DNA of 50,505 bases from a virus (Duplodnaviria > Caudoviricetes), in IMG/VR virus record IMGVR_UViG_3300017777_004495, positions 1 to 50,505 of that record, one strand, 5' to 3'. Position 1 is the stretch's first letter; each line of letters starts with the position of its first letter. Positions 1 to 9,272 of the stretch are shown one piece after another. The position numbers were made by a program, and so were the translations under genes. The notes under the pieces are model-generated. The model did not search any database. It worked only from the letters and a program-made list of their open reading frames with translations, and was not told the origin of the DNA.

Positions 1-24
1 CGGGCGAATACCCAGGTAGAGGGG

Positions 25-55
25 ACGCCTTACCGTTCGAGCAACGGTAGGCGTT
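25..55. terminator. Stem-loop downstream of the primase-helicase gene, possible terminator
   Basis: ACGCCT-T-ACCGTT / CGAGC loop / AACGGT-AGGCGT. No strong U-tract on either strand. Confidence 0.3.
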
Positions 56-91
56 CATTCAGCAGCAGCAACCGCAGCCACCACCGCAGAG

Positions 92-2527
92 CTAGACAGT
101 AAATGCGGTATGTACGGCCCAAACTTTGCCGGCGTTTGAGCTACGCCCGACATCGAAATACCTACCACCAACATACACTTCGCGTAATCCGCGAAGGGCG
201 AAACCGAGTTCCCGTGCGGCCAGATTTTTCATGTCGTAGATTCCGCAAAGCACCTTGACGGCATCGAGCACTTCCGATCTGAGAGAGGCAGTGGCCAAGT
301 TCGTTGCCGGTGCTTGGAGTTCCGCCAGTGCTTCCTTGGACGTGACACCATCGGGCCACCGTTCGACCCACCAATCAAGCAGCGTGATGTGGGCACTGCG
401 AACGTCGTCATCGTCTTCCTCATGATCCCAGCAAGCGAGAATGTCGGGTCCACCGGCCCACACGATAGAGTTTGCGATGAGTTCGATCCACTCCTCGAAC
501 CCTCCGCGATTGCCGAGATTCTGCTTTGGTTTACCTGCGACCACGAACGCGCGGAGCAACGTCAACGCCGAGTCGATGAGCCGTTCGCGCTCATCTCGGC
601 ACCAGGCAAGGAGGTCAACGTGCCTGAAAACATCCAGGCTCCTCTCACTAGGGCGTTCGTGCCTTGGAACCATTCTGCAACGAAGCGAGCGGCGCGTCAT
701 GTCCGACGCAATTTTCAGTTGGTTACCTGAGACGAAGATAACCGTTTTCCATACGTGTTCTTCAATAGTCGAACTTCCGAGAACACGCAGCGCGACGCGA
801 CCTCGCGAAGTCAGGACACGTTCAAGCGCCGCACCGCGAATCGGCGTGTTCGCGTTGTCGAAGTTAACCAGCGGCGCGCGGAGTCTGGCGTAGCTGTTAA
901 GTTGCTTCTCTTGTTCGTCTTCGGCACCTGTCCAACTAATTTTGTAGGATGGACGCCCCGTAGCGATTGTTCCAACCGCGTCGATACACAGCGTTTTTCC
1001 GGTGCCTTTGAGCGGCGCGTCGAAACAGATAAGCGGCACGTTGCCGACGATAGCCGGTCGAGCCACGAGGGTAAGAAGCGCCGCGATGGGTACGTAGCGG
1101 TCGGCGACGGACTTGAAAGGGAAATCCCTAAAGACGTCTGCCAGATCAGCAAGCGCACTTCTCGCATCAATCAGGGAAGGGGATTCTGCTATCGGCTCGA
1201 AATGTCCCTGACTGAGAAAGAGATAGCCGGTGCGCGCATCGTAACCCGGCTTATCCAGAACAGTCCCGTCAACACGCATGACTGGAACCTCCGTTATCCC
1301 CGCAATCGGCGGAACACCGGGCCATTCCATGCGGTCGCTCAACGCTTGGATGGCGTTCTTGGACGGCTCACGTGGCACCCACGTTTGGCTGCGGTTGTCC
1401 CAAGCTTCCCATCGGGCTATCTCCGTCAGATGCTCGTGCAAGGCGCTCGGCGGCATCTGGCAGATGAGCGGCGTGCCTGTCGTCGCGCCGAGGCAGGACT
1501 CGTCCGCCTCCTCAACCCGCACCACGCGGACAAGCTTGCCCGTCGTTTGGTATAAAGTTTTGGCTTGGGCGAGCGCCGCAACCGCATCGTCGACCACGCG
1601 GAAAAGGTCAACGCCCAAACGGATCGTAGGGCGCGAGCGCAAATACCCCCAAGGTTTCGTCGAGTTCGAGTAAGCGTCTTCGACTTTGTGCTGAATGTCC
1701 TCGTCGCGCCAAGGCGGAAGACAGCGCGGATTGTAGTCGCTCAGCAGAAGCGCGGTGGCTTGTCGGCGAGACAGACCGAACCCACGAACCATCGTCACGG
1801 CAGCGCGGAACGTCGTGGGGTGACCGCCTCGACCGCTCACAGCAATCGGCATCGCCAATAGATAGGCCAGAGCACTTGCGACAATCTCTGGAGCGGCGTC
1901 CGCTTCATCTCCATCAGCTGCGGAGATTGTCGCGGCAATCTCCGGTGCCTGCGCTAACCAGTCTTCGACATCCAAAGCATCCCCCGGCAAGTCGATCAGT
2001 TCGTGCGTCCCGATGTCGGTCCCCGGCGCGTACCAGAATCGCGCGGCGTCCTTCGCTTGCCCGTCGATTTTGTGCCCGTATTCGAGCAACATGCTGTTGG
2101 CAAGCAACCACAACCGCTTGTACTCGATGGCGGAAACCGGACGATTGAGCAGCAGCATCACGCGGAAACGGTGCTGGGCAGGTGAATGGCTTTTAGTCGT
2201 ATACAGAAAACCTCTCGCACCAGACCAGAAACCAAGAGCCGAGTCGATGGTCGCTCCACTGTCACCGTCGTAATCAAGCCCCAACAAAAACATCTCTTTG
2301 ACGTTCACCGCTTTACGCAGGCACGGATCGAACACACCAGGCGACCAACCAGGGTGATTCCACTTGCCTTGATACTGTGCAGGCTCAGCCAAATGAACAA
2401 CCAACTCGTCAAGCGTCAGGTCTAACCTAACTCCTGGCAGCTTGGCGTTCAGGCTCGGCCACGTCGTGATGCTGATTTTGGATGCGGTCATAGGTGCCGT
2501 CGTGTATACCGAGTCGCGGTACGACAC
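92..2527 (-). CDS. Primase-helicase fusion (AEP-type primase, PriCT-like domain, P-loop NTPase); true start may be ATG 2491
   Basis: Primase motifs LGLDYDG and YTTKSH..RFRVML. Helical PriCT-like segment (GRGGHPTTFRAA..YNPRCLPPW..HKVEDA). Walker A DAPLKGTGKT with downstream FDN. Confidence 0.8.
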   Translation of the reverse strand: MSYRDSVYTTAPMTASKISITTWPSLNAKLPGVRLDLTLDELVVHLAEPAQYQGKWNHPGWSPGVFDPCLRKAVNVKEMFLLGLDYDGDSGATIDSALGFWSGARGFLYTTKSHSPAQHRFRVMLLLNRPVSAIEYKRLWLLANSMLLEYGHKIDGQAKDAARFWYAPGTDIGTHELIDLPGDALDVEDWLAQAPEIAATISAADGDEADAAPEIVASALAYLLAMPIAVSGRGGHPTTFRAAVTMVRGFGLSRRQATALLLSDYNPRCLPPWRDEDIQHKVEDAYSNSTKPWGYLRSRPTIRLGVDLFRVVDDAVAALAQAKTLYQTTGKLVRVVRVEEADESCLGATTGTPLICQMPPSALHEHLTEIARWEAWDNRSQTWVPREPSKNAIQALSDRMEWPGVPPIAGITEVPVMRVDGTVLDKPGYDARTGYLFLSQGHFEPIAESPSLIDARSALADLADVFRDFPFKSVADRYVPIAALLTLVARPAIVGNVPLICFDAPLKGTGKTLCIDAVGTIATGRPSYKISWTGAEDEQEKQLNSYARLRAPLVNFDNANTPIRGAALERVLTSRGRVALRVLGSSTIEEHVWKTVIFVSGNQLKIASDMTRRSLRCRMVPRHERPSERSLDVFRHVDLLAWCRDERERLIDSALTLLRAFVVAGKPKQNLGNRGGFEEWIELIANSIVWAGGPDILACWDHEEDDDDVRSAHITLLDWWVERWPDGVTSKEALAELQAPATNLATASLRSEVLDAVKVLCGIYDMKNLAARELGFALRGLREVYVGGRYFDVGRSSNAGKVWAVHTAFTV

Positions 2528-2633
2528 GCAAGTTTCATGTGCTCAGTGCTCGCAACGAAAAAATACTTTACGGCGCAAGTACTCGGAATTATTCAGAAAC
2601 AAGCAAGCGAAGAAAAAAAGTATCTTAAAAGAC

Positions 2634-2661
2634 TTGTGTTCTGTAACGGGGTGACTATCAT
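2634..2661 (+). promoter_or_regulatory. Putative early rightward promoter, probably leaderless
   Basis: TTGTGT-N16-TATCAT with an A-rich upstream tract. ATG 2669 lies 7 nt after the -10, as at the promoters at 12072 and 13256. Confidence 0.5.
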
Positions 2662-2668
2662 CCTCTAC

Positions 2669-2887
2669 ATGCAGACCGAGCGAACGCACCAAGCAGTCCC
2701 AGCCAAAGGGTTCCGAGAGAGCACGTCGGGCGACCTCGCGTGCCCCCACCGAGACGTGTCGTGCTGCGCTTCGTGCGCTGCGGCCCACAAGGAAATCGTC
2801 AAGGTGTGCGGTCAGCACTTCTGGACTGTTTCCGAAGGGGAAAAGCAGGAATTGCTGCAAGCCATGAGTTCAGGAGGCACGCGATGA
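2669..2887 (+). CDS. Small Cys/His-rich hypothetical protein
   Basis: ATG 2669 directly behind the promoter. CPH..CCASC cluster. ATGA overlap with the next gene. Confidence 0.65.
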   Translation: MQTERTHQAVPAKGFRESTSGDLACPHRDVSCCASCAAAHKEIVKVCGQHFWTVSEGEKQELLQAMSSGGTR

Positions 2888-3156
2888 TGTTCCCCACGAT
2901 CCACATCAACGGCTCTTCGCCCGAGTACCTGCTAGAGAGCGCGCGCTACGCTCTTGACTCGTTGCGCGCAGCAGTGTTGCAGGTCGAAGGCACCGCGCCG
3001 AACGGGCGCGACTACTATCCGCAGGGCGACGGCGCGATTGCCGTAGCGGTCAGCGAGCACTGCGACCGCCTCAAGCGGATTCAATCTGTCGTGGAAGACT
3101 TGCAGACGTTGGCCGAGCACATCGCCGACGCCAAAGCCGCACGAGGTGCGCGATGA
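2884..3156 (+). CDS. Hypothetical phage protein (PTIHINGS..APNGRDYYPQG motif)
   Basis: AGGAGG Shine-Dalgarno. ATGA overlaps at both ends. Confidence 0.75.
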   Translation: MMFPTIHINGSSPEYLLESARYALDSLRAAVLQVEGTAPNGRDYYPQGDGAIAVAVSEHCDRLKRIQSVVEDLQTLAEHIADAKAARGAR

Positions 3157-3542
3157 GGCTCGTCCGAATCACCGAACCGCAAGCGAGCTTCCTCGAAATC
3201 GAAATTGTCGGACGTTACGCTGAAGACGAGTTCGACCTTGATGCCGTCGCAGCAATCGTTGACGAACATCTTGTTCTTTCTCGCGGCACAAAGATGGCCG
3301 TGCCGAACAAGCTCCTCGTTGAGATGTTGCTCGACGCGGCGAACGACATCGACGACGCAATCGAAGAGGCGTTCAAACGCCGCGAGCTAGTCAAGAAGTT
3401 GGGCATGGAAATGTCCAGCGACTCCGGTGCGCTTGGGCACATCGGCGTCGAGACTATTGGCGAAGCGCGTCGCTTGCACTGCACCGCAATCGCGCTTCTC
3501 AACAAGGCCCGCCGCGCGCTTTCACCCAGAACATTAGGCTAG
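3153..3542 (+). CDS. Hypothetical protein
   Basis: GAGGTG RBS, ATGA coupling, helical acidic composition. Confidence 0.7.
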   Translation: MRLVRITEPQASFLEIEIVGRYAEDEFDLDAVAAIVDEHLVLSRGTKMAVPNKLLVEMLLDAANDIDDAIEEAFKRRELVKKLGMEMSSDSGALGHIGVETIGEARRLHCTAIALLNKARRALSPRTLG

Positions 3543-3549
3543 CAGGCTG

Positions 3550-4023
3550 ATGCTGTTCACCATTGGCTACGATCCTCGCATCGGCGAACTCGCCAAACGT
3601 CTTCGCGCGAAGATCATCGACGTACGAGCCCGTCCTTCGGGGCAGGTCAAAGCGGGATGGAAGGCGGCGGACTTGGCCCGAACATTCGGTGACGGCTACG
3701 AGCGGCACGGCAAGACGCTCGGCGGGCGGGCGTTCATGGCGGGCAGCGAAGATTGGATTGAAGCACCGCTAGAGGCGCTTGAACCAATTGCCAAGCGGGC
3801 GAAGAAAGAGAATCTGATCCTTCTTTGCGCGTGCTGGCAACCTTGGGAGTGCCACCGGCACAACGAGATTGCATTGCCGCTTTTGGCAGCAACATCTGTA
3901 GACGCACTGCACATCTACGGAGATCAACTAATCACTACCAGCGAACTCCAGCGTTCGATGGCTGACGGAAAACCCTACAACTACCAAGACCTTTCAGATT
4001 GGATGCACCGAAGACATGTTTAA
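3550..4023 (+). CDS. DUF488-family protein
   Basis: Signature motifs LFTIGY, IIDVR..P, LGGR and LLC...P..CHR. Confidence 0.75.
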   Translation: MLFTIGYDPRIGELAKRLRAKIIDVRARPSGQVKAGWKAADLARTFGDGYERHGKTLGGRAFMAGSEDWIEAPLEALEPIAKRAKKENLILLCACWQPWECHRHNEIALPLLAATSVDALHIYGDQLITTSELQRSMADGKPYNYQDLSDWMHRRHV

Positions 4024-4438
4024 GCCGAACGACCCAAACAACACATTGTGGCAAGCCAGAGAATTGGCTCAGAAGATGCCAGGAGGAGAAGAACTCGACG
4101 CGATGCTTGTTACTTTTCAAGTAGAGCGCGAAAAAGTGCGCGCCATTCTGGATGCGTTGCACTGGGACACTACGGATAAGTTGTCCCTAATTGATCTAGC
4201 GGAGTCCGCTTCAGCGGTCATGGCTAAATTGGAAAAGGAGCGAGACGATATGTTGGATAGACAGGAAAGTCAGGCAGACGGTTCCGTTGCGACAGACGGG
4301 TACTACGCGTTCGCAACGCAGTTGAACTGGCGATACCCAGACGGTGAACCAATGCCTATCTGGACTCAATTGTCGCACGAGACGCAGGACGCTTTTGTGG
4401 CGTTCGCGAAAGCCGTAGTACGTGGAGTGAGCGAGTGA
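4016..4438 (+). CDS. Hypothetical protein (coiled-coil plus PxWxQL motif)
   Basis: Overlap-coupled ORF within the operon. Confidence 0.65.
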   Translation: MFKPNDPNNTLWQARELAQKMPGGEELDAMLVTFQVEREKVRAILDALHWDTTDKLSLIDLAESASAVMAKLEKERDDMLDRQESQADGSVATDGYYAFATQLNWRYPDGEPMPIWTQLSHETQDAFVAFAKAVVRGVSE

Positions 4439-4749
4439 ACAACATGGAAAATCAAGAGAAGTACGAAGAAGGTCTGAACGCCGCGACACTTGGCACGTCG
4501 TTCAACGATATTGTGATTGAGCGTTTGCGCGATCTTGGCTGGACCAAATCCGATTTGGCCAGGAGGCTCGACGTGACGCCATCCCGCATCCGCGCACTCC
4601 TGAAACAAGAGGGCATGAGCCAGCAAGTTTTCAGAAAATGCCTGCTGGTACTTGGGCTCAAGTTCGACATTTTCGAGACGCATCGCCCGAAACCACCTCC
4701 TCACCGAACGAAGCCGGGGATCATGACGGTCGGAGACTTCGACCTGTGA
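4435..4749 (+). CDS. XRE/Cro-family helix-turn-helix regulator
   Basis: RLRDLGWTKSDLARRLDVTPSRIRALL matches the XRE HTH pattern. Confidence 0.8.
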   Translation: MNNMENQEKYEEGLNAATLGTSFNDIVIERLRDLGWTKSDLARRLDVTPSRIRALLKQEGMSQQVFRKCLLVLGLKFDIFETHRPKPPPHRTKPGIMTVGDFDL

Positions 4750-5027
4750 GCAGCTGGGAATACGTTTCGGTCACGCCCGCCGTCGATTGGTTCGCAATGT
4801 TCGACGACGGCGAACACGTGGTGTTCGAGCAAATTGTTTGCTGGGCAATTGCGGAAGACTCGGACGGAAAGTCTTGCGTTGTCGGAATGGTCGTCGAAAC
4901 CGATTGCCAAGACCTCGCGCCCGCTGGCAGCAGTCCGTACTTCGCGGGGTACTTCAGCCGAAAGCAGCTAGACACGACTCTGGTAGAAATCGACGAGAAA
5001 CAACGGAAAACGCTCGCGATGAATTAA
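4746..5027 (+). CDS. Hypothetical protein
   Basis: GTGA overlap with the previous stop gives a likely GTG start (MSSWEYV...). Confidence 0.65.
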   Translation: MSSWEYVSVTPAVDWFAMFDDGEHVVFEQIVCWAIAEDSDGKSCVVGMVVETDCQDLAPAGSSPYFAGYFSRKQLDTTLVEIDEKQRKTLAMN

Positions 5028-5030
5028 ATC

Positions 5031-5059
5031 TTGACGAACCGACCGAAGACCATTAGGGT
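5031..5059 (+). promoter_or_regulatory. Sigma70-type promoter P1
   Basis: TTGACG-N17-TAGGGT, with ATG 5069 nine nt downstream. Confidence 0.65.
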
Positions 5060-5081
5060 GCGTCAAACATGTCGCACCCTA
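5054..5081. promoter_or_regulatory. Palindromic operator O1
   Basis: TAGGGTGCGTCA-AACA-TGTCGCACCCTA: 12-bp arms with one mismatch, covering the -10 and the start codon of the HTH gene. Confidence 0.7.
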
Positions 5082-5284
5082 GGAAGCACCGGACTATTGC
5101 GATAGTCCTAGACGATGCCGTGCGAGAGACGGTCGTCGCCGCGTACCGGCGGAACAACTGGAACACGACCCACGCAGCAAAAGCACTAGGCATCTGCCGA
5201 AGAACGCTGCTTCGTTGGGTCAGCAAGCATCGACTGCGCATCCAAATCGACCGAGAACGCGAACAAGAACGAGCAAGAAAATGA
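5069..5284 (+). CDS. Fis-type (HTH_8) DNA-binding protein
   Basis: AYRRNNWNTTHAAKALGICRRTLLRWV is the typical Fis/NtrC C-terminal HTH. Confidence 0.8.
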   Translation: MSHPRKHRTIAIVLDDAVRETVVAAYRRNNWNTTHAAKALGICRRTLLRWVSKHRLRIQIDREREQERARK

Positions 5285-5526
5285 ACATGACATTCCTCGA
5301 TTTTCGGCATGCTGCGACGACCGCAGGCGTCGAGTCCATCACGTTCACTGCCGGGCGGAACTGCCTCATTGTTCTGCGAGGGCAAAGCATTGAGGTCACC
5401 CATTCGTGGAGTGACGATGCCGACGACGAAGAGTTCACAGATGCCTGCACTCGTGCCCTGCGGGAGTTCGGGAAAGTGCGCCTAGGCTGGCAGTTGAGAA
5501 ACCCGAAACAAGAAGGGCTGGCGTGA
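5281..5526 (+). CDS. Hypothetical protein
   Basis: ATGA and GTGA coupled between the HTH and nuclease genes. Confidence 0.6.
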   Translation: MNMTFLDFRHAATTAGVESITFTAGRNCLIVLRGQSIEVTHSWSDDADDEEFTDACTRALREFGKVRLGWQLRNPKQEGLA

Positions 5527-6980
5527 GCAAGCCGCACCTTTTCTCGGCGTCTCAAGTGTCGTCTTACGAAATGTGCCCGCGAAAGTGGGCATGGAACAAG
5601 GTAGACGGACTACCTAGTACGTCAAACAAGTACGCGGAAATGGGAACACAGGTGCATTTGCACTTGGAGACTTGGCTTACTAACCGAAAGTTGCCTGCGG
5701 TCGGAGAGGCTGCGGTTATCGCCAACGCGATGATTCCCTATCTGCCACCTCCGCAAGCGGTCGAATCAGAAAACATAGAACGCAGGTTCGTCTGGAGTTT
5801 CGAGGATGTTTCGTTTCAGGGTTTCATCGACCTTGTGCTAGTCGGACCATCCAAGGACGTAACAATCTACGACCACAAAACTACCAGCGACTTGCAATGG
5901 GCGAAGTCCGAGGAAGATTTGTTGGACGATGTTCAGGCAACACTCTACGCACGCGTACTGATGGACCAGATGTCCACGGATACCGTGCAATTGCAGTGGA
6001 CGTACGCGACGCGGAAAGCCCGACCGCAAATATTGCCAGTCAAAATCACTGTAACCAGGGATGACATTGAATCCCGAGTAGCGCGCACCGTCGCCAGTGC
6101 TCGCGAGATGCAGGAAATTCTGAGTTCAGAATGTTCTGCGGTCGACGTGCCGTACAACGCATCCGCTTGCGGTGCGTTCGGCGGCTGTCCTTTTCAAGCT
6201 AACTGTAACCTAACAACCCGTCAGAAAGTTCAATCCGCAATGTCACAAGAAAACCAGCACAACTCGTTTCTTCAACGTCTTCAGGCGCGAAAGGCCACGG
6301 GGGCGACCAACCCGTCAGGAGCGGCTGCGGCGCTCGCGGTAAACCCGCCCGAGGCGGCGAGGGCAGAGATGCCCGCCGCACCACCCACGCTGCCGCACGC
6401 TGAACCTGAGTCGTCCCCTGACGTGGTGCAGGACATCGAAGAGCAACTGGCCGAGGTTTCCGCTGCGGTGGCTGCGCCGTTCAAGCGAGGCCGTGGGCGT
6501 CCGCGCAAGGATGAGCAACAACACGTTTCGGATGCTCCCGTTGCCGCCCTGCCTGGCCGGATGCTGTGGACGGCTCCCGTTGCTGCTGCTCCCGTTGCTG
6601 CTGTCAATGCCGCTGCCGCTGCCGCTGCCGCTGCCGCTGCCGCTGCCGCTGCCGCTGCTCCCGTTGCTGCTGCTCCCGTTGCTGCTGCGGCGTCGGGCTG
6701 GACGCTGTTTCTCGATTGCCAACCAGTCAAGGGAGCAACGGCGGAACACGTAAGCGAGCGTTTGGCTCGCGTGCTGCTGGAGTACACAGCTGAGACGGGT
6801 CAATCGCACTATAAACTTGCCGATTACGGCAAGGGACCGGCGATTTTCAGCGAGGGATTTGCTAAAGACCTCGCCGCGAACCGACCGAAGGGCGGCATTA
6901 TCGCGAACACTGCGAGTCAGGAAGTACGCGACGTTCTGCAAGTTTTGATGGCTTGCGCGACGAACATCGTCCAGGGCTGA
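5523..6980 (+). CDS. PD-(D/E)XK Cas4/RecB-like exonuclease with AT-hook and Ala-rich C-terminal extension
   Basis: SASQ..CPRKW, GFIDL, DHKTT, QATLYA and C..GGCPF..C (4-Cys Fe-S staple pattern). KRGRGRPRK AT-hook. Confidence 0.85.
   Translation: MSKPHLFSASQVSSYEMCPRKWAWNKVDGLPSTSNKYAEMGTQVHLHLETWLTNRKLPAVGEAAVIANAMIPYLPPPQAVESENIERRFVWSFEDVSFQGFIDLVLVGPSKDVTIYDHKTTSDLQWAKSEEDLLDDVQATLYARVLMDQMSTDTVQLQWTYATRKARPQILPVKITVTRDDIESRVARTVASAREMQEILSSECSAVDVPYNASACGAFGGCPFQANCNLTTRQKVQSAMSQENQHNSFLQRLQARKATGATNPSGAAAALAVNPPEAARAEMPAAPPTLPHAEPESSPDVVQDIEEQLAEVSAAVAAPFKRGRGRPRKDEQQHVSDAPVAALPGRMLWTAPVAAAPVAAVNAAAAAAAAAAAAAAAAAPVAAAPVAAAASGWTLFLDCQPVKGATAEHVSERLARVLLEYTAETGQSHYKLADYGKGPAIFSEGFAKDLAANRPKGGIIANTASQEVRDVLQVLMACATNIVQG
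6573..6689 (+). repeat. Compound microsatellite: (GCTCCCGTTGCTGCT)2-GTCAAT-(GCCGCT)8-(GCTCCCGTTGCTGCT)2
   Basis: Read directly. Encodes APVAA repeats flanking a 17-Ala run. Confidence 0.95.
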
Positions 6981-6982
6981 AC

Positions 6983-8680
6983 ATGAGCATTTTTTTCGCA
7001 CCTTCCCCGGCCTATGCCGTTCGTCTAAACGACGAATTGCGACGAGTGGAGACGCTCACTCGCCGGCAATGGTCGGAGGAAGATGCGGGAAACATGACAG
7101 AGCAGTTAACTCAACTGCTCAAGACTCCCGGTGGAACGATGAGCTTGCGCTCGGTGCAAGGAATCGCTCTGGCTGAAATCGGCATTCGCGGCGGATTGTT
7201 CGGGATAATCCGAGTAGGCGCAGGCAAGACGCTGATCTCTCTGCTAGCAGCATCGGTCGCCGAAGCGCGACGACCAGTGCTGCTAATCCCTGCGAAACTT
7301 GTAACCAAAACGCAACGAGACATGACCTTGTTGTCGAAGCATTGGCTAATACCGAAAACGCGGATCATCACTTACGAGTGGCTGGGTCGAGCGCAAGCGG
7401 CTGATGCGCTAGATAGCCACAAGCCCGACGTCATCGTGTGCGACGAAGCGCACAAGCTGAAAAACAAATCGGCTGCGGTAACGCGGCGAGTCGCTCGCTA
7501 CATGAAAGCGAATCCGACAACGAAGATGATTGTGATGTCGGGGACTATCGCCAAGCGAAGCTTGCACGACTACGCGCACTTGATTCGTTGGGCTCTCAAG
7601 ACGGACGTCCCCCTGCCGGACGGCTACAACGATCTCGAACTCTGGGCTGACGCCCTCGATGAGCGGAAGGGAATGCTGCGACGAGCCGACCCTGGTGCGT
7701 TGCGCGTCCTGTGCAACACCGAAGAAAACCAGATGTGGCCTACCAATCCACGCGAGTGGGCTAGGCGAGCGTACCGACGACGACTCATCGACACGAGCGG
7801 TGTCGTGTCCACGCAAGAGACTAGCGTGGATGCCAGTATTACTGTGCGTTGCGCAGAGCCGCCGAAAAGCGCAGCAATTGACGGAGCTTTTGAGCACCTA
7901 CGAAAAAACTGGGAGACACCGGACGGTTGGCCGTTGGCTGACGCATTGCAGGTGTATCGGCACGCAAGAGAAATCGCGTTAGGATTCTATTACAAGTGGG
8001 AACCTCGCCCGCCTCGTGCGTGGATGGAAGCCCGCAAAACGTGGTGCGCTTTCGTACGAGAAACGCTTTCGCATTCTCGTGCGCTGGACAGCGAACTTCA
8101 AGTCAAACGCCAGTTCCCCGCATCGAGAGAGCTTATTGCTTGGGATGCGGTAAAGCATTCGTTCAAGCCAAACACAACGCTGGTGTGGCTGGACAACAGC
8201 GTTGTGGACTACTGCAAGAATTGGCTGAACACAGAAATTGGAATCTTGTGGACCGAGCACGTTCTGTTCGCGAAACGGCTGTCTGCCGAGACAGGCACGG
8301 CTTACTACGGCAGCGGCAACGTCGGAGATGCGGAGAAACATTCGACAGCTAAGCCGATGATCTTGTCAATTGAAGCTGGACGAGAGGGACTAAATCTGCA
8401 AGGGTGGCACTCGAACTGCATCATCTCACCTCCTCCGAACGGCGAGCGATGGGAGCAGTTGCTCGGTCGAACGCACCGGGATGGGCAAGAGGCTGACGAA
8501 GTTTCGTTCGACGTGGCAGGGTTTTCTATTGAGCACGTCGAGGCGTTCTGGCAGGCTCGCAGTGACGCTGAGTACGTCGCGGCATCTCTCGGCAGTCCGC
8601 AGAAGTTGCTGGTAGCCGACTACGATTTTCCTACTTCTTCCGAAGTCGCTAGCCTGGGTGGCGCACGTTGGCGGAAGTAG
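6983..8680 (+). CDS. Superfamily 2 (SNF2-like) helicase
   Basis: VGAGKT (motif I), CDEAH (II), MSGT (III), GREGLNLQ (V) and EQLLGRTHRDGQ (VI). Confidence 0.9.
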   Translation: MSIFFAPSPAYAVRLNDELRRVETLTRRQWSEEDAGNMTEQLTQLLKTPGGTMSLRSVQGIALAEIGIRGGLFGIIRVGAGKTLISLLAASVAEARRPVLLIPAKLVTKTQRDMTLLSKHWLIPKTRIITYEWLGRAQAADALDSHKPDVIVCDEAHKLKNKSAAVTRRVARYMKANPTTKMIVMSGTIAKRSLHDYAHLIRWALKTDVPLPDGYNDLELWADALDERKGMLRRADPGALRVLCNTEENQMWPTNPREWARRAYRRRLIDTSGVVSTQETSVDASITVRCAEPPKSAAIDGAFEHLRKNWETPDGWPLADALQVYRHAREIALGFYYKWEPRPPRAWMEARKTWCAFVRETLSHSRALDSELQVKRQFPASRELIAWDAVKHSFKPNTTLVWLDNSVVDYCKNWLNTEIGILWTEHVLFAKRLSAETGTAYYGSGNVGDAEKHSTAKPMILSIEAGREGLNLQGWHSNCIISPPPNGERWEQLLGRTHRDGQEADEVSFDVAGFSIEHVEAFWQARSDAEYVAASLGSPQKLLVADYDFPTSSEVASLGGARWRK

Positions 8681-8727
8681 TCAAACAAAAACAACAACAA
8701 GCAAGAAACAAGTACAGGAATACGAAA

Positions 8728-9183
8728 ATGGGAATCTTTCAAGGCATCGAAAAAGCAGAAATCACAGAGCGCGGCAAATACATTAGCCCTGGATTTGTGG
8801 GCACGCTCAAGGTCACCAAGACGCTGGCCAAAGAATCATTGAAATCGGGTCTGGCGTTCATCGTTGAGTTCAACGTGCTCGCCTCGAACCTGGATGAACA
8901 TCCGATTGGATCGTCGGTTACTTGGTTCCAGAAAATGACCGACCGAACCATCGCGTTCCCTGCGATCAAAGCCTTCGTGGCAGCGGTGGCGGGATTTCAC
9001 CCCGGCGATAAAGCCGGGATTGACGCGGAGATTGGGCAAAACATGTCGGCGTTGCTGGACGACGCCACGGAAAACGAAACGAACAACGCGCTCGTCGGGC
9101 AGACCGTCAAGTGCGGGACGTTTCTGACGAAGACCAAAAAAGGTTTCGACTTCACGGCCCACAAATGGGCACCTGCTGACTGA
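8728..9183 (+). CDS. Probable single-stranded DNA-binding protein
   Basis: Lies between helicase and PolA, beta-rich, strong codon bias, own terminator. Function inferred from synteny. Confidence 0.55.
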   Translation: MGIFQGIEKAEITERGKYISPGFVGTLKVTKTLAKESLKSGLAFIVEFNVLASNLDEHPIGSSVTWFQKMTDRTIAFPAIKAFVAAVAGFHPGDKAGIDAEIGQNMSALLDDATENETNNALVGQTVKCGTFLTKTKKGFDFTAHKWAPAD

Positions 9184-9195
9184 CTAAGAAATAAT

Positions 9196-9230
9196 CCGCA
9201 GCGCGCTTTAACCGGCGCGCTGTGGTTTCT
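9196..9230 (+). terminator. Intrinsic terminator after the SSB-like gene
   Basis: CCGCAGCGCGC-N8-GCGCGCTGTGG followed by TTTCT. Confidence 0.65.
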
Positions 9231-9272
9231 GCTTTATCCGCCTCCCCATCGAGGCAGAAAACAGGTGTCCCA

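Noticed and set aside
5523-6980. CRISPR-Cas system suggested by the Cas4-like gene
   Set aside because: No repeat-spacer array or other cas gene was seen. Solo Cas4-like nucleases are common in phage replication modules.
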